64,000 bases of DNA from Amoebidium appalachense (lineage: Eukaryota; Protista; Ichthyosporea): NCBI GenBank assembly GCA_963693365.1, contig CAVNZM010000003.1, forward strand, positions 7,125,312 through 7,189,311. The letters are read 5' to 3'. Every line of letters starts with the position of its first letter. Position 1 is the first letter of the stretch. The notes under the pieces were generated by a model. That model saw only the letters and a program-made list of their open reading frames with translations. It did no database searches and was not told the origin of the DNA. Positions 16,667-46,375 of this stretch are shown in pieces. The position numbers and the translations under genes are program-made.

Positions 16667-17432
16667 AGGGGCACCAAACTAAAAGGGGGGGGGGGGGGGG
16701 GGGGGTCTTTTTACATGCATGCTTCATTGATAATATATCCTCGTCTTACGATAGCGCTGAGTTGCAGACGTTGGTGCCGGAACCAGAGGCTCACATGTAT
16801 GTACGTCAATAAAAAAAACAGCACGTGTACTTTATGATTATTCACTAATAGTAGTACCATGCGACTACACAAAAAGTAATGCTTTAGCTCAGAAACTCTG
16901 GCTATATCAAAATCCTTTCAAAGCACATGGTTGGTCAATCCACATGCATCATCAAACGATTATGATGATTTTATTAAATTATAACTTCAAAGGAGATATC
17001 ACAAATATCCCGGAAATAAAAATAGAGAAAGGATGCTGTTCTTCAAAATATTGTAAGTGTTATTCTTTTTAAGGGAGCCGACATTCTATATAATAGAAAG
17101 CATACGCATATACATAAACAGCGACACTTGCAACGGTGTAGGAAAGCAAGCAGGCTTACTATCGCATTGCAAAGGGGACTCGGGATTTCTTAAAAGTTTT
17201 TAAACTTTGACTCAAATCAATCCTAGTAAGGTTGTAAAAAGAACAAGATAAGGCACACCATCAAACATGTGTGCCTCATGGTCTATTTACAACTTCCTTA
17301 CAAATTCACACTATCTCTGAAGAAACATATCACATTTATTTACAACAGATGATATACTCATAAGCCACACAATCAAGCCCATTGCAAGAAGTATGAAAGT
17401 CAACGCACATATCACCGTGTCCCACCGACCAA

Positions 17433-24597
<7,165 letters not shown>

Positions 24598-26846
24598 TGC
24601 TGATCTTCATGCTATAGGACACATGCACGGGAAGGCAGGCAGATCAACGCATTCAATAGCATCAAATGAAGAGGGTGGTGTGCGCACGGAAAGATGTTGA
24701 GCATTGGAAGAGCCATCGTGGTTGCAGAGGGGAGAGAACAGGGAAAAGAACATACGTGGGACTACTTGAGTATGGGTTGTGGTTGGTGGGGGGAGGGGGG
24801 AGGGGGGCGAGAGTGGACAGAGGCTTGGGAAAAAGGGTGGTGGGTGGGGAAAGAGGGAGGGAGGGGGAGGGGCAGAGGTTCTGACCTTGTCTGGCCGTGA
24901 CGATTATGAAACGACCCCTGTGTGACCCCAGCCATCAGTGCCGGCACGTGTGCCCATATATGCACATGTACCCGAATATGGACATGTACCCAAATATGGA
25001 CACGTCCCCCAAATATGGACATGTGCCCAGATATGGACGATGTGTTAACTGTTGGCTATGCACAAAAGGGCCTTTTTCTTTTTATTTAGTCCGTGGGTGT
25101 TCACGTTTCTGCGAAGGTCTGTGCATGCATGTATGTGCACACGGGTGTGTTTACCCACACAAATGTGTGTGCACTGTGCGTGAGTGCATGCATGCGTGCC
25201 CAGGTGGGCCAACGTGTTCATACGTGGTGCGTGTGTTTGCGCCTTGGCGTCAGTTATTGGTGGATGAATGTGTTGGCGAGGTGTGCCTTCATATTCGTGT
25301 TCGCCTCTGTGTTTGTGTGTGCGTGTTTCTATGTGTACGTATATGTTGAGGGCTTGAACAATGTGTTATGCAGCATGTCCGCCTCATGCAGATATGGTGG
25401 GGGAGTGGGCAGGTCACAGTATGCAGGGGCTCTGTGTGTCGCAGATATACAATTCTTTTAGCTGCCGAAGTCCGCAGGTCTGTCAGCTTGCACAACTTGG
25501 GTGTTTGCGGGTGTGGGGAGGGGGGAGGGGGGGGAGAGGGGGGGAAGGGGGGGGGGGGGGGGGGGGGAGGGAATAAAGACACGGAAACGATGGGGGTGAT
25601 GATAGGCAGAGGGGGATTGATAATGCGGGTTGGGGGGGTGGGTGGAAATAGGGGGGGGGGGGAGGGGGGGGGAAGGGGACGGGGTGGGGGGGGGGGGGGG
25701 GAGGGGGGAGGATGTGGGGACCATCGATACGGCCACGACCCTGCCGGCAGTGGTCACGTTGGAGGGTCGGCGCTGTACAGGCAGTGACCTGCAGCCAACC
25801 AGAAGGGAGGGTCAGAAAGTAGGAAAGTACAGTGCTTCCAGCCGACCAGGTGGCATAGTTAAATTTCAATGTTGGGCAAAGACTTACGGGCAACAAGGTG
25901 ACGCCCTCTAAATTATGCAATACTGTGCCTGATAGTGCCTGATAGTGCCTGATAGTGCCTGATGCATGGCCATAAGGTGGTCAGAATCACAAACCCGATG
26001 ATATCATCAGAGACCTTTCGTCTTCAACCCATCCCCCCTTCCAATCGAACAGGAAGGGGGTGGATGGGGGAGAGAGAACAGAGAGAGGGTAGGGAGAAGG
26101 GGGGAGGGGGGGGGGGGGGTGGGGGAGGGGGGCAGAAGGGAAGTGCGGGAGGGGGGGAGGCAAAAAAGAAGGGGGAAGGGACGGAGGGGAGGGGGGGGGG
26201 GGGGGGGGGGGGGGAAAGAAAAAAACCAAAACGGAAGAAATAGGCTGAAATACATGGAGTGATGCCTGTGGGTTGCTGTTTGGTGGGGGGAAGATGAGGC
26301 GGAAGGGGGAGGGGGGGGGGGGGGGGGAGGGGGGGGGGGGGGGAGGGGAGGGGTTTGACCGACAGCACAGAGAAAACGGATGCATGATGAGGGGTCCACT
26401 GAAACAGAGGGTGGGGTGGGGATGGGGTGGGAGGGAGGGGGTCTGTTGTACACATTGTAGAGCCCAGGCGTAAACAATGATGCAACTGCTGCGGAGTGAC
26501 TACTGTATATGGACTTGAACACCAGATGTATATATACATGGGGCATGATTCTAATGGCCTGCAAGAAGGCGCACAAGGAGGTGAGACCGGGCAGAGGGGG
26601 ATAATTTGTGTGTGTGTGCGTGGGGGGGGGGGGGGGGGGGGGAGGGAGGGGGGCGGGGGGGGGGGGATCTGAAAGAAATGCAGAAGGGATCTAATATGGA
26701 CGTGAGGTGAGTGAATGGCGGGGATGTGAGGGGGTGAGTAACAGAGCATAGCAGGGAGGGAGGGGGTTACATACCCATAGGTGGGAGACTGACTGTCGGT
26801 GGTGGCTCCATTCTGTGTGAGGGGTGGTTAGTGGCTGGTCATAATG

Positions 26847-26997
26847 AAAGGATTGCCTAAATACCAGAGGGAAACTGATAAAGGATTGCCTAAATACCTA
26901 GAGAAAAACCGATAAAGGATTGCCTAAATACCAGAGGAAAACTGATAAAGGATTGCCTAAATACTAGAGAAAAACCGATAAAGGATTGCCTAATTAC
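26847..26997. repeat. 33-34-bp minisatellite, 5 copies
   Basis: GATTGCCTAA at 26851, 26884, 26918, 26951 and 26984. Ends at a donor-like minus-strand CAG|GTAATT at 26997. Confidence 0.9.
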
Positions 26998-27352
26998 CTG
27001 AGAGCATGATTGGCCACATGGCTCAACGAGGAGTGCGCGAGTGTGGTGGACAGGATCCGGCCATTGGAATAGAGAGATGAGGGGTGTTGCAAAGGTCATG
27101 GGGGCACATCCTCATTGTCCCTACAAACACACACACGTGCAGACACCACACACATACCCCTGTCCCTACAAACACACACACACCCACACAGACACACACG
27201 CTGCAAGATGTTTTACACATGCCCGGACACACAAAGTGTTATGCACACCCTTACATACACACCCAAACACACCGTGTGTCCACGCGCGCGCACGCGCGCC
27301 CACACACACACACAGCCGCACCAAACAGAAGCACACACGCGCGCGCATTTGC

Positions 27353-27390
<38 letters not shown>

Positions 27391-27470
27391 CACACACACG
27401 CACCTCTCACACACGCGCACACACACACAGCCTGAAACACACACACACACAGCGAAACACACACACACAG

Positions 27471-27519
<49 letters not shown>

Positions 27520-27975
27520 CACACACACACCTCTGGGTCGCTGTCTGTTTCTGTTCCCGTGCAGTCTTCATCTTTGTCCTCCACACACACATCCAGCCCT
27601 GCCTCCCACCGTCAGATTGGGTGGAAAAATTTGTGGGGACGTTTGTGCCGGAGAGAGAGTGAGTGGAGTAAGGTGGATGGGTGGTGAGGGTTATTAAGTC
27701 CGTAAGGATAAGGAGATCGGCATGAATAGTGTACTGTGATGGCTAAATCTGTTGCCTACAGACATTATGAGCAATGCAGGTACATATTATAAGCAAAAGG
27801 TTGTAGGACTATGGGAAGAATACTACTATGGCAAGGCAGTCTAATTCCAAGTGGATAGCCTCACGAGCATTCTAGAAAGGGTAATCGACATACCATGCTG
27901 TGCTGTCATTGTGACGGTGTGCAATATCACACGTGTGAATATGTGGCTGTGTGTGTGTGGTTACGCATGTCTGTG

Positions 27976-28363
<388 letters not shown>

Positions 28364-28989
28364 CATTCATTTTACGCACGCACTCTACAGTGTGTATGTC
28401 ACAGTGGACGCGTTGTGTAGATATGCATGTGCGTGTATGTACACGTGTATGGTTACTTTATTTTATATTTGCCTGTGGCTTGGCTGTGAGCAAAAGTAAT
28501 GTAAACATTTTGCAACAGTATACAGTGTATGTTGTGCGCATTAGCAGAGAGGCGAGTATGCGGTCCACATGCAAAAAATATACCCGCGCATGCACGTGTG
28601 ACCTACACATCGATTTGAACATATTGTCTGTCTTCCAGCATACGCATGCATGCACCCACCTCCGGGCTCTTTGTAGCGGGAGGCAAGCATGGCGGGGACA
28701 GACCTCAGCGGCAGGCAATACCCACGACACTGTGCATAGACGATGTGTGTGCTGTGGCATGTGATGTGTCAGCAGGTTGGTCTTTCAGCAGAACGCTGGT
28801 CTTTAAACAAACAGAAAACAAGGTCTTTCGAAGTATTCTCCATTCAGTTTTTTTGTTTATGTTTCTTCCATCTATTTTGGCTCGGGGGATGTGTTAGTTT
28901 TTTCACAATTATGTGGATACGCCAGGTGTATGCTCGGTTTTGACTGCTTCTTGCTTCGCTTCCACTCTTTCGTCTCTGGCTTCCGTTGC

Positions 28990-29400
28990 CCGTTCGATAT
29001 CTTTCAAATGTTCCGTTGAACATACAAAGCCAATAACGAGTGCTAAGGTGATACACATTCTCAAAACTCCGGAAAAACAAGACCAGTGGTTCTTTTCTTC
29101 TGAGTAGTTGTTCGAAACGCAGACGACCAGAATCTGTTTGAAAGTGTTGGAATCATTCGGTACGATGAAACAGTGCATGCCACTGTACATGTTTGACCAT
29201 ACACCTGAGCTCAAAGGCACAATTATTAAATTGTGCCCAAAAGAGATGCAACTAAATTTGATGGCATTGCCTATGCTATGTCTCCTTTTCAAGTTCCAAA
29301 AGGATAATTGCTTTGCTGGTAACTTGGATGGCAAACACTCACTTCTTGCACATCGACCCTACGTATCCAGAACCATATCCTTATAGCTAAACTTAGGAAG
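28990..29400 (-). pseudogene. Possible decayed TnpB/Fanzor2-like C-terminal fragment
   Basis: One frame with one stop: LPKFSYKDMV..*..LPSKLPAKQLSFW...GHNLIIV...SNTFK. By eye it is colinear with Fanzor2/IS607-TnpB motifs. Catalytic and zinc-finger residues are not intact. Confidence 0.3.
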
Positions 29401-31662
29401 TGTCCCTTCCCGTCAGCTGCAAAAAATGCTATGTTCGTTTTCACATTTACCTATAAAACAAAACATAGGTCACACACCTTTCATGCAAGTGACCACGAAG
29501 GATGGTGTTCTGTTTTCCGTCGAAGGACGAAAAAGTAGACGCCAAGAGTGGATGCAGGTTTTGCTGGCGGCAAAGTGGTGCCGGTTTAGCCAATCAAATG
29601 AATGGGCAAATGTGATTGGTGGAATAGAGTTATCCCAAAATACACCAATCATATCGCGTCTTTGCTGGAGTAAAGCATTCACGACATTAGCAAGATTATA
29701 AACGAAACACCAATCAACAGACATGTATAATTTTATTTGTTCTTTAATATTTGCCTTTGACACAGACTTCAACTTGCCAGTGTACACCAAGTCATGCTTG
29801 GCACCAACGGTTACTATTTGTAGGTGTAGCTACCGTTGACATGAGTGTGTGTAGCCTGTCTACTTATACCAGTAATTCAGTGAAAGTATTCAGGAGCGTG
29901 CATTCCGCAAGAAATGTCGTCCGAGCATGATCACCTGTAAAAAACTTTGGCCATGGAACACTGGCAATTTGGACGCTCGACCGGTACCGGTGTTGCGTGG
30001 CATAAGTAACAGGGAGTTGGCCGCGGTTACATGGACAAGGAACAGCGGGGCCAGTGCTGCGCGGCATATTCATACATAGGCCTTGCCTTGCTGCCCATTT
30101 TACGTAGCTAACTGGCTAGATTTGTGAGTGGGTTATTTGTGCATGGATACCCGCGGCCGACCGGGCCATGTGTGGTCAGTAGTCTTTTAATGGTTGTTGA
30201 GGCATCAGAAAGACCGGCTGCGGGATGGCTAATTTACCATACTTCTGTGTGAATGGCACTCGCCTGCAGTACTCTACAGTACAGAGAAGGCGCGCATACC
30301 CCATAGGTCTGCGATTTCTAATACAACTGGATGCAAAGTCCAAGCTGGCCATTGTTGTTGTGCAAGGGCACAAACCATTGTCTGGTGGGCTACATGCAGT
30401 GTTGTATAGATGTACAGTAAGCTGGAGGAGGGAGCACAGCTGACCTGTTGTTATGTTTCACGAGCTAACGAGAGCTTCACAGCTAGCTCTAACAAAAAGA
30501 GGTGTCTAAGGATTTTTCTGCGGTTATTGCCAAGTACCTCGGCAGGGCTGAGGCATATGGTTATCCTGCCCACATCTATCAAGGCAAATAAATATATTAC
30601 GGCCAGTTTAACGCCATGACTGGTGCCTTTCACGAAGTGCCCCCAGCTAGCACCACATGTCTGCAGAGGAAGCCACACACAATGGAATGGGCCCATGTGA
30701 GGCATACATCAGGTGCACAAATGTCTGCCTGAGATTTGAGCTTAATCCTCACAGATAAACCTTCAAAACAGACACTGTTTTATTATAGACGGACCGAATT
30801 CAGTGGTGGAGTTGCCTTGGTGGCAGAGGTGCCAGTGTACATGTACACGCAAGCTTGCAATGCACGTACGTGCTATTGCATACACACAACACATACAGAG
30901 CGACGAGCACAGAAACCCCAAGGGTAGACGCAATCATGCGGTAATGCACATATTAGAAGCAGGCAGATGCCCCAAAAGTGGGGGCAGCACGCACAAACAC
31001 ACCGTCCCATCAATCATGTTACCATCATACACTTGGTAGGCTTGGGTCCCTTTAATTGTGTGAAAATCATATGCCCACAGCCGATTTACTTCGTGTTTGG
31101 AGGGCAGTGCGTTCGAAGCAATCTCAAATGTACTTTTTCTTTACTTGTGTCAATTGTCTTTCTCGTGCACAAAGTATTCGTCTCTTTGTGGGACGTGACC
31201 CTCACACGTACTGACGGTGTGCACGCGCTGCGATGAACTTTACGTTACACTCTCGCGACCGCGTGCATGCTTTCTGTCACGGCGCCTCGACGGTTCGATA
31301 GAGTCCGGTGTTCGCTGAATGTGTAAGGAAAAATAAGGAGCCATCTCAGTAGGTGGCAGGACGTGACCGTTCTTGGCTTCTTGTGTGCGACATCCGGCCC
31401 GGGCATCGTTCTGTGATTTGTAGGACCCCGCATGAAAAACCTAAATTTCACCTTTGACCCGGGTTAATCCGGCCATATTAGCCGATGATCCAGCCCATGG
31501 ATAGCCAAAACCCACCCAAAACCGACCGCAATTCAATGTGATTGCGCCCCCCGCACGTCTGACCACGCCACACCCTCCCTGCGCGCACACAGCACGCACA
31601 GACCACCTCTGTGCTTTGCCACATAGCCAACCACTAGGGACTTGGTTTCCGTTGCCACCATC

Positions 31663-32594
31663 ATGAGTGTCCAGATTCCTCTGCGCGTGTTCAACCTCAC
31701 AAACAGTGTCATTGGAAATGGCATTGGCAAGGCCCTGAGCGGCTGGTTCGTGAACGCCTCGGGCTACAGAAAATATGGTAGGCACACACGCGTGCAGGAT
31801 GAGGGTGGCAGGGGGGAAACAGAGGAAGGAGAGGACGTCACAGGGAGAAGCAGACCTAAGTTTGCTGCTTCTAGCTTGTAGCAAAGCAAATCATCGGAAC
31901 CTATCATCGGTGCTGAAGTGTATACACCATGGGTTGTTTGTTTTTGAAGCACACACAAATGGATTTGTGCTAATTCTTCGGAGACAGTAGGCGGTGAATG
32001 TAGGGCGTTTTCCACTTACTAGGTTCGACGAGAAGGGAAAGTTGACATTCACGGACACCATTTTTTTGGTCCAATCACTGTTACTGTGTTGAGGGTTTAT
32101 TCTTGAAGGGGTCAGGCAGTGTTTGGAGGCACTCCAATTGGAACGGATATTCTGGACAGTAGGGTGTTTCGACGGATGGGTGAAGTTGTGAGGTCATTTT
32201 AAAGGGGCAGGGAGCCTTACGGAAGCTGGAGCCTACTTTTGTTTTGTGTGGTGGGTGGTGGTGTTGGTGGTGGTGGTGATTGTTGCTGTTGCATGGGGAG
32301 AGGGTGTGATAGGGTGCGTCGTTGGTAGGCTTGGAGCATGTGTTGTGCAGTGTGTTTTTTCTCATTTGAATATGTTTTGGCTCTTAGCAGCTGTAGACAC
32401 AAGGAGAATTTAACACACTATCAAGAGCCAATTAGTGTTGTGTGATTTTCTATTGAGCCGGTTTCTTCTGTGTGCGCAAGGTGTTGAGTATGTGTTGCAC
32501 AGTCAACTGTGCTTTGGCGTGTTGTCTCTATGCGTGTACCTGCGCTTATGGTGGTGTTTTTTCGTGTTGGTGCATACTCGCGTGCTGCCGGTTG

Positions 32595-32634
<40 letters not shown>

Positions 32635-32894
32635 GCGTGTGCGTGTGCGCGTGTTTATGTATGTTCGTGTGTGTGTGCATGCATGACACAAGTGCATTGC
32701 ACTTGCCCTAGGGTGGTGTGTATGTGTGTGTGTGCATGCAATGCACTTGTCCCTAGAGCAGGGTGTGTCTGATGTGTGTGGTAAAGTGTTTCCACACACA
32801 CAAAACCACACACACATGCTTCTTGTTACTTTCTTCAACCGAAACACACACACTGGCACGCTCTTTCACGCACAGGGCACATACACACCCACCG

Positions 32895-32925
<31 letters not shown>

Positions 32926-33782
32926 GACCTACACAGATACACACACACTCACAGCATACATACATACAAACTGCACCGACGCACAAATATATTTACACAC
33001 ACCCAAACACCCACACAAACCCAAAAACACGTACACTCACACACACTCACACCCACACCCCCTAACACATGTCGAAGAGAAAGAAGCTCACACATGCGCT
33101 CTCATATATACATGCTCACACACTCACACTCACACACCCACACGTATACCCCCCCCCCCCCCCCCCCCCCAAACACACACACACGCACGCACGCACAGGG
33201 CTGCTCCTTGACGACATGATCATGGAGGAGGACCCCGACGTGCAGACGGCCCTCTCTCGGCTCAGCAGCAAGGAGCAGTATGACCGCCAGTTCCGCCTCA
33301 AGGTGGCCCTCGACCTGAGTCTCAAGCACCAGATCCTGCCCAAGGAGCTGTGGACCACCGACAAGGATGTACGTGTGGGTGGGTGTGTGGGGGGGGGAGA
33401 AGGGGTGGGTGTGTGTGTGCACGTGCGGGTGTTGGCAGGTGGATGTACGGGTGCGTGTGGGTGGTTGATGGGTTGGTAGTTGTGTGAGTATGTGGGTGGG
33501 TGTTGGTGGAGAGGGAAGGGGGGGGGGGGGGGTTAGGTGCCGAATAGCGAATAGGGTTGGTTGATGGGTGTGCAACAGGGGGGAGGGGGGGGGAGGGTAT
33601 GCTAAGGCCCATCCCTCGTATCAACATGCACCTCCATTTGCACGCATGGGAATGCACACAGGTATGCACATCTTTCTCACACACACACACACACACACAC
33701 ACAGGACAAGCGCTACCTCTGGCCCGTGCTGCAGCAGGTGGCCAAGGAGCGCGTCGAGCGCGAGCAGCTCGATGCCATGTAA
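31663..33782 (+). CDS. QCR7: Cytochrome b-c1 complex subunit 7 (UQCRB)
   Basis: Exons 31663-31777, 33199-33368 and 33705-33782 give ...[30 protein letters not shown]...YDRQFRLKVALDLSLKHQILPKELWT...YLWPVLQQVAKERVERE. Confidence 0.96.
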
Positions 33783-33939
33783 ATGTAATTTGACGCTTGG
33801 ACCCCCCTGTCGGCCCCGTGCCGAATTATAAGCCCCCCTGGGTTGCTGGCGCCGCAGGACACGGCTGGTTATGTTGCCAAATAAAGGAGTAGTGGTTGGT
33901 GGTGGACACGTGTGATGATCGAGACCCCCCCCCCCCCCC

Positions 33940-34085
33940 TTGGGTCCTCCCTGAGGATGGGCTCTGCTTATGACGCATACTGTGCACATGGCTGATGTTG
34001 CATACTTGAATGTTTGCCTTTGCATGTGTCCTGCACCATGCTTCTCGTCGTGTATGCGTACTTCGTACCGTGTTCCGCATTCAAA
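33940..34085 (+). mobile_element. Poly(C)-ended dispersed repeat, copy B (just downstream of the QCR7 stop)
   Basis: Near-identical to copy D, 5'-truncated, with C-runs on both sides. Confidence 0.85.
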
Positions 34086-34819
34086 CCCCCCCCCCCACAC
34101 ACACACACATACACAGTGTGTTTATTTGCAATATTTGCGTTTGTTGTATGCCGTGAATGTGCGCTTTTTATCCTGTAACAAGTTGGCCCCACCATAGCAT
34201 GCACATTGGGTGGGTGGAGCACCTAGTCACCGGCGTGGATAATAACTGGGCACATACTCAATTATTGGGTTATGATCACCAAGTTTATGCAGTCAGCATA
34301 CAAAACAGCATGCACGAACGAACCGTTGGCAAACCAGGCACGCCCGCACGCTTACATGTGTGTGTGTGTGCACACACACAGTGCCACTAGAAGTGTAAAT
34401 GTTTCTACCCACGTGCGCGTGTTATGTGCAGATGATGTCTTTGTCTGCCAAACATGCGAGTCTGAGTCGTTGTCGGGGCTGTGTGTCCATACGTGCACAT
34501 GCCCATGCTGAATTTATTCATGGTCATTCATGCCATTGGCTAAAAATCACGCCCCCATACAGGGTGCCCATGCCTGGCATACACAGTATGCCTACTTTGG
34601 AAAAATGTTGAGGCGTTTAAACCCTGCCCAAACCAGCGATTTATGAACCACATGCAGCGCACTAACAAAATTGGGTGCCTCGGTTTGACACCTACACCGC
34701 ACCCGGTGATCCGCATGTGCAGTGTTACATATATACGGGCACTGCTTCCGAACTCATTCTTCCTTGCAAATTACCCTTTGCAAACACACCACACACCAAA
34801 TAACACATAGAACCCCCCC

Positions 34820-42159
<7,340 letters not shown>

Positions 42160-45157
42160 GGCGTAGAAACACGTGCGGTGTCTGTACAAGTGTATGGGGA
42201 GGTGTATGTGTGTGGCTAATGAAATATGTTGTAGCACCGTCAACTTGCAAAGGATATCATAGTATATTGAATAAGCTTATTTGGCCGTTGTGCCAGAATT
42301 TGTTCACACTGCAGCTGCACAGTGCAGTCTGCGAACCGGTGCTGGTTGCAGAGAAGCCACAGCCCACGTGTTCATTAAGGACCTGATATGATTGGATGAG
42401 CGCGCATCCGAAGGAATGTGTGTGGCTCACAAGGCGCGGCCCTCTCCGAGGTCAACAGAGCGAGATCAGTCACTCTGCTTGCGACAACGAACAGGACCTT
42501 AGTAGTAACCTCCATGGCATGCATATGGCATGCATCCCAGTGAGTGTGCTGCTTTTTCCTTACAGCCTACAGCGCCTGCATGCACCTGTTTCCTGCTTTG
42601 TGGCCTGAGCCATCAACACGGGGCCGGCTAAATCCTGGCAGGGGCAATAAATTCAGCGCTGCGCTTGCAAGCGCTTTCTTCGCTTACGTATACATGCAGC
42701 TAAATTTACAGCTGGCTACCCGGACCCGCTGTCCCCGGCGCGAATGATACATCAGACAGTGCGGTTCCATAGTTTTTATTATTTGTCACGTTTTGCTGTA
42801 CTGTACATGTCATGCTCGTGTACACAGTAGGGTGGATCCATGCTGCAACCGAACGTCCATCAACCGAACACCAGATCTGATGATTTCATTGGCTCTGGTC
42901 AGATCCAGTCCTGACGTGCATAAGTAAGTACGGAAACTGAATTCGATTGGTTCCCTAATGTCGACATCGAGATTTTGGATTTCCGTTCGTGTACATTTTA
43001 TGCGTGCCCGAGTGGAGCACATAGAAAAGGTCTTCCAAAATGTTCAACTACGTCAGAAACCTTTTAGAACAGTTGAATTAATAACTTATTCAAACTTCCT
43101 GCTTTTTTCTAGATGAGGGTGATAAATATGAGCTTCTGTCGACATCACATCCTGCCGACCGCTGGTCCAGGTGAAAGCCATCATTCACAAACCGGCAACG
43201 ATAACTGTATGATATACAACCAATAGCTGTAAAGCTTGAGGTGTTCGGTTAATGGATGCGAAGTTGACAGCATTTGCTTTTCATGTTTTTGCTAGTAAAT
43301 TAGACCGGAAGCACTATTTTTATTTTAATAACTGAAGATTTACATTATATTCTTACTCCGACAAAACAAAAGTACCCGTTTATCTCTATTGGGAGCTGAG
43401 ATATTGCATAGATCGGGTGCGAAAACGGTTAATGGATACGGTACCCTCACAGACACGAAATCGGTGCCATGATCCTGCCAGGTCTGGGTGAGTTTGTTTG
43501 CGGCGACCCATTGTCCCGACTGTTAGCCAATAAACATGGTCCTGTTGAAGTTCTTAGAGTTCTAACTTGGGGTTTACACACTTTTTATTGCGTGGACATT
43601 GCCGGAGGCCCAGCCACATTCGACGGCCTACTGCGTTTTCCAGCACAGCCAATCAAATGCAGCCAGTGACATATGTACATGCTAGGCAACAATGAGCGCC
43701 ATCGTAGGATCTGACACCCCTATTACATATTATGGGTAAGCAGATGCTAGCATCGGTAGCTCCGACAGAAAGTTAAGGCACCGGATCACAATATCATACT
43801 GTGCAGCATTAATAAGGTGATCTAGGATAGTCATCTTAAAACGGATATATTGAGGAAAAGATGAAGAAAAGAGAATAAAACCGCCAATAACCTCCGGTTC
43901 TAATACATTAGCTAACAGGTTGCATTTATTGATAGATATGCAGCCTTCTAACTTGTTCGACAAATTCTTGCTCAGCGTGGCCAAGGCGAGTCGATTCACA
44001 CAGCGCCCCTTCTGAGTTCAAACAATTTTGCGAAAAATGAGTAGAATAGCGTTTAAATATGAAATTTCTTACATCTATATATGTATGTGCATTCACTGTG
44101 AGGCGCGGTGACGGAACAAGAAGCTTCGCGATTCATGGAATCATGGGGCCAGGACGCATATGAGTTGCCCAGCAACCGGGCAAAGCTAAAGCGGTTGAAT
44201 TACGGCGTGATCAGAAGCCAATGGTTAGTCATATCTAGTCTGGCCTTTGGAATGCAAGAATTCGTGTTTAGGACCGAGATCCTCAGCTTTTCGAAGTAGA
44301 AAAAAGTCATTGCCCAGCGTTAAGATTGTATAGTATGGTGTTCCTAATATACTAAAAGGGTTACAATGCTATTGTGAAAAAAAAGAAATCGAACTTTGAG
44401 AGGCAAGGTCCGAGAGTGTACATATACTGTCATGTAGTCCGAGACCTAGCCCTGATTGGCTCTAACCCAGATACTGCTGATAGCATGTGGTGCCCTGGAA
44501 TGTGATTAACCCTACAACAATGGCATTGCTACAACAACATATTACTAATTATTTAAGTAATGCAAGTACATATTCACTCTTTATAACAACTCTGATGCTT
44601 TAAGGTACAATCAAAACGCCAAGTATTAGGAAGAAATGGTGAAGTAGTGAGTTTGCCCCCCTCCAGATCGATGTTCGTGTTGATTCGTTGCCACTGCCAC
44701 TATGAGGCATTAGTTTCATCCAATCACTGCATCGGATCTACTAAGAATGACGGTGACAGATAGGACTCCCCCCGCCCGTGTTTTGAACCCAAACATGTTC
44801 TGAACCCAAACACGTCGCGGACAATGCAAGGCTCTGCGTCACCACTCCCACCTGAAGCATATAGAATGATTATGACGTAAAAACGTGTAAGAGACTCAAT
44901 AGATACATTCTGTAGGCAGGCCTTAGTGCTCCTGTAATATTGAGGAAGAGGCAGGGGACGGAGTGTCAAAGGGAGAGGGCATGGAACGTGGTTTACCACT
45001 TGAGTTCACGAATTGAAAACAGTTGCTGTTTTGCACGATTTCAACGAAGTTAGGGAGACCAATACTGGGCATAATAGGACACCACACACGTCTTTGTAGC
45101 TGTTAAACAGTAGTCTAGCGTAGTGTATTTGCAGTGGAATAGAGAGGAGAAGAAGAA

Positions 45158-46330
45158 ATGGCACACAATGGAAATATGAACCTGCCCTCACCAGGTGCTG
45201 ACGACGAATTTGAGTAAGTTTTTGTGTTTTTTGTAACATATTGGTGTAGAAACATAGGAAACCCAACTAAACCTGTGTATTTGCGCGTGTGTTTTCCGTT
45301 TGTGTGTGATGTATACGTGTGCTGCGTGTTGCTGTGCTGCGAAGGGGGGCAACATGATTCACTGTGTGCACTGTATTCCTTCACAAACACTGAACGGATT
45401 TCACACACCATTAATTCAGTATGTTTGGTGTTTTTACAACCAGCAACGTTAATAAGCACTGGTTTTCATTATTATACTCTGTTAACACCTCCCTTTTGCT
45501 GTCGCTCAGCTTATCCGGTGCATGTCAGTATATTTGGTTTTGAAGTAACTGTGTTGCAGCGTTATTCGTCAGGCTTCCAAGCAATTTGATTGCATTTCGT
45601 CGAGAGCACATGTGCATGCATGATAAAACTTCCATATGAACTGTTTTTTCTTTCTTCCTTTTTTTTGGAAGAAACCTTTCACCACACCCGTCTCTTCTTT
45701 CTCACCGCACGCAAATTGTGAATGCATATCATGTGCTGCGCTCTGCAGTGCGATACGGTACATGCAGCCACACAAAAGCTAAATCCAAATGTGGGCAGCT
45801 TTTTTTTGTGCAAGCAAGCAACGATAACCCTCTGTGTTCGTTTTGCTTAGATACCATTTCCTCGCTCTCCTTATCCGCATCCCTCTCAAACCCCGCTGCA
45901 TTTCATCTATGTGCCTCCGCCACGCTACCACTCTATCACCTGCGCTCACGACTGGAAAAATGTCTAATAAAATGATTAACACGTTTGTGCACAACTTGAT
46001 GCCCCTGCAACCCTGCAAACTGTGCAAACTTGTTCGTTCAGGCACAGTTCGCATGTACACAGAAAATTACATGCACATGCACCTGCAATACGCGACTATG
46101 TCCGAGTTTAGTAACTGTGTCATACAGGAAGGAGTAGTGTCTGGCTGTGCGGATGAACACACACACACACACACACACACGCCAACGGATCACAATGCAT
46201 ACGCCCTTCTGTTTGTCCGCGCACGGATACAAGTACGTGCACACCGTGAGTGACACACACGTGTGTGTCAGGGGCAGGCATCCTACACATGAGGGCACGA
46301 ACGTGCTAGCATAGCCCACACTCAACGCGG

Positions 46331-46375
<45 letters not shown>

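Noticed and set aside
43469-44300. Short ORFs between FCF2 and the HLH-ZIP gene
   Set aside because: They have no recognisable motifs or consistent splice structure. The region looks like divergent promoter DNA.
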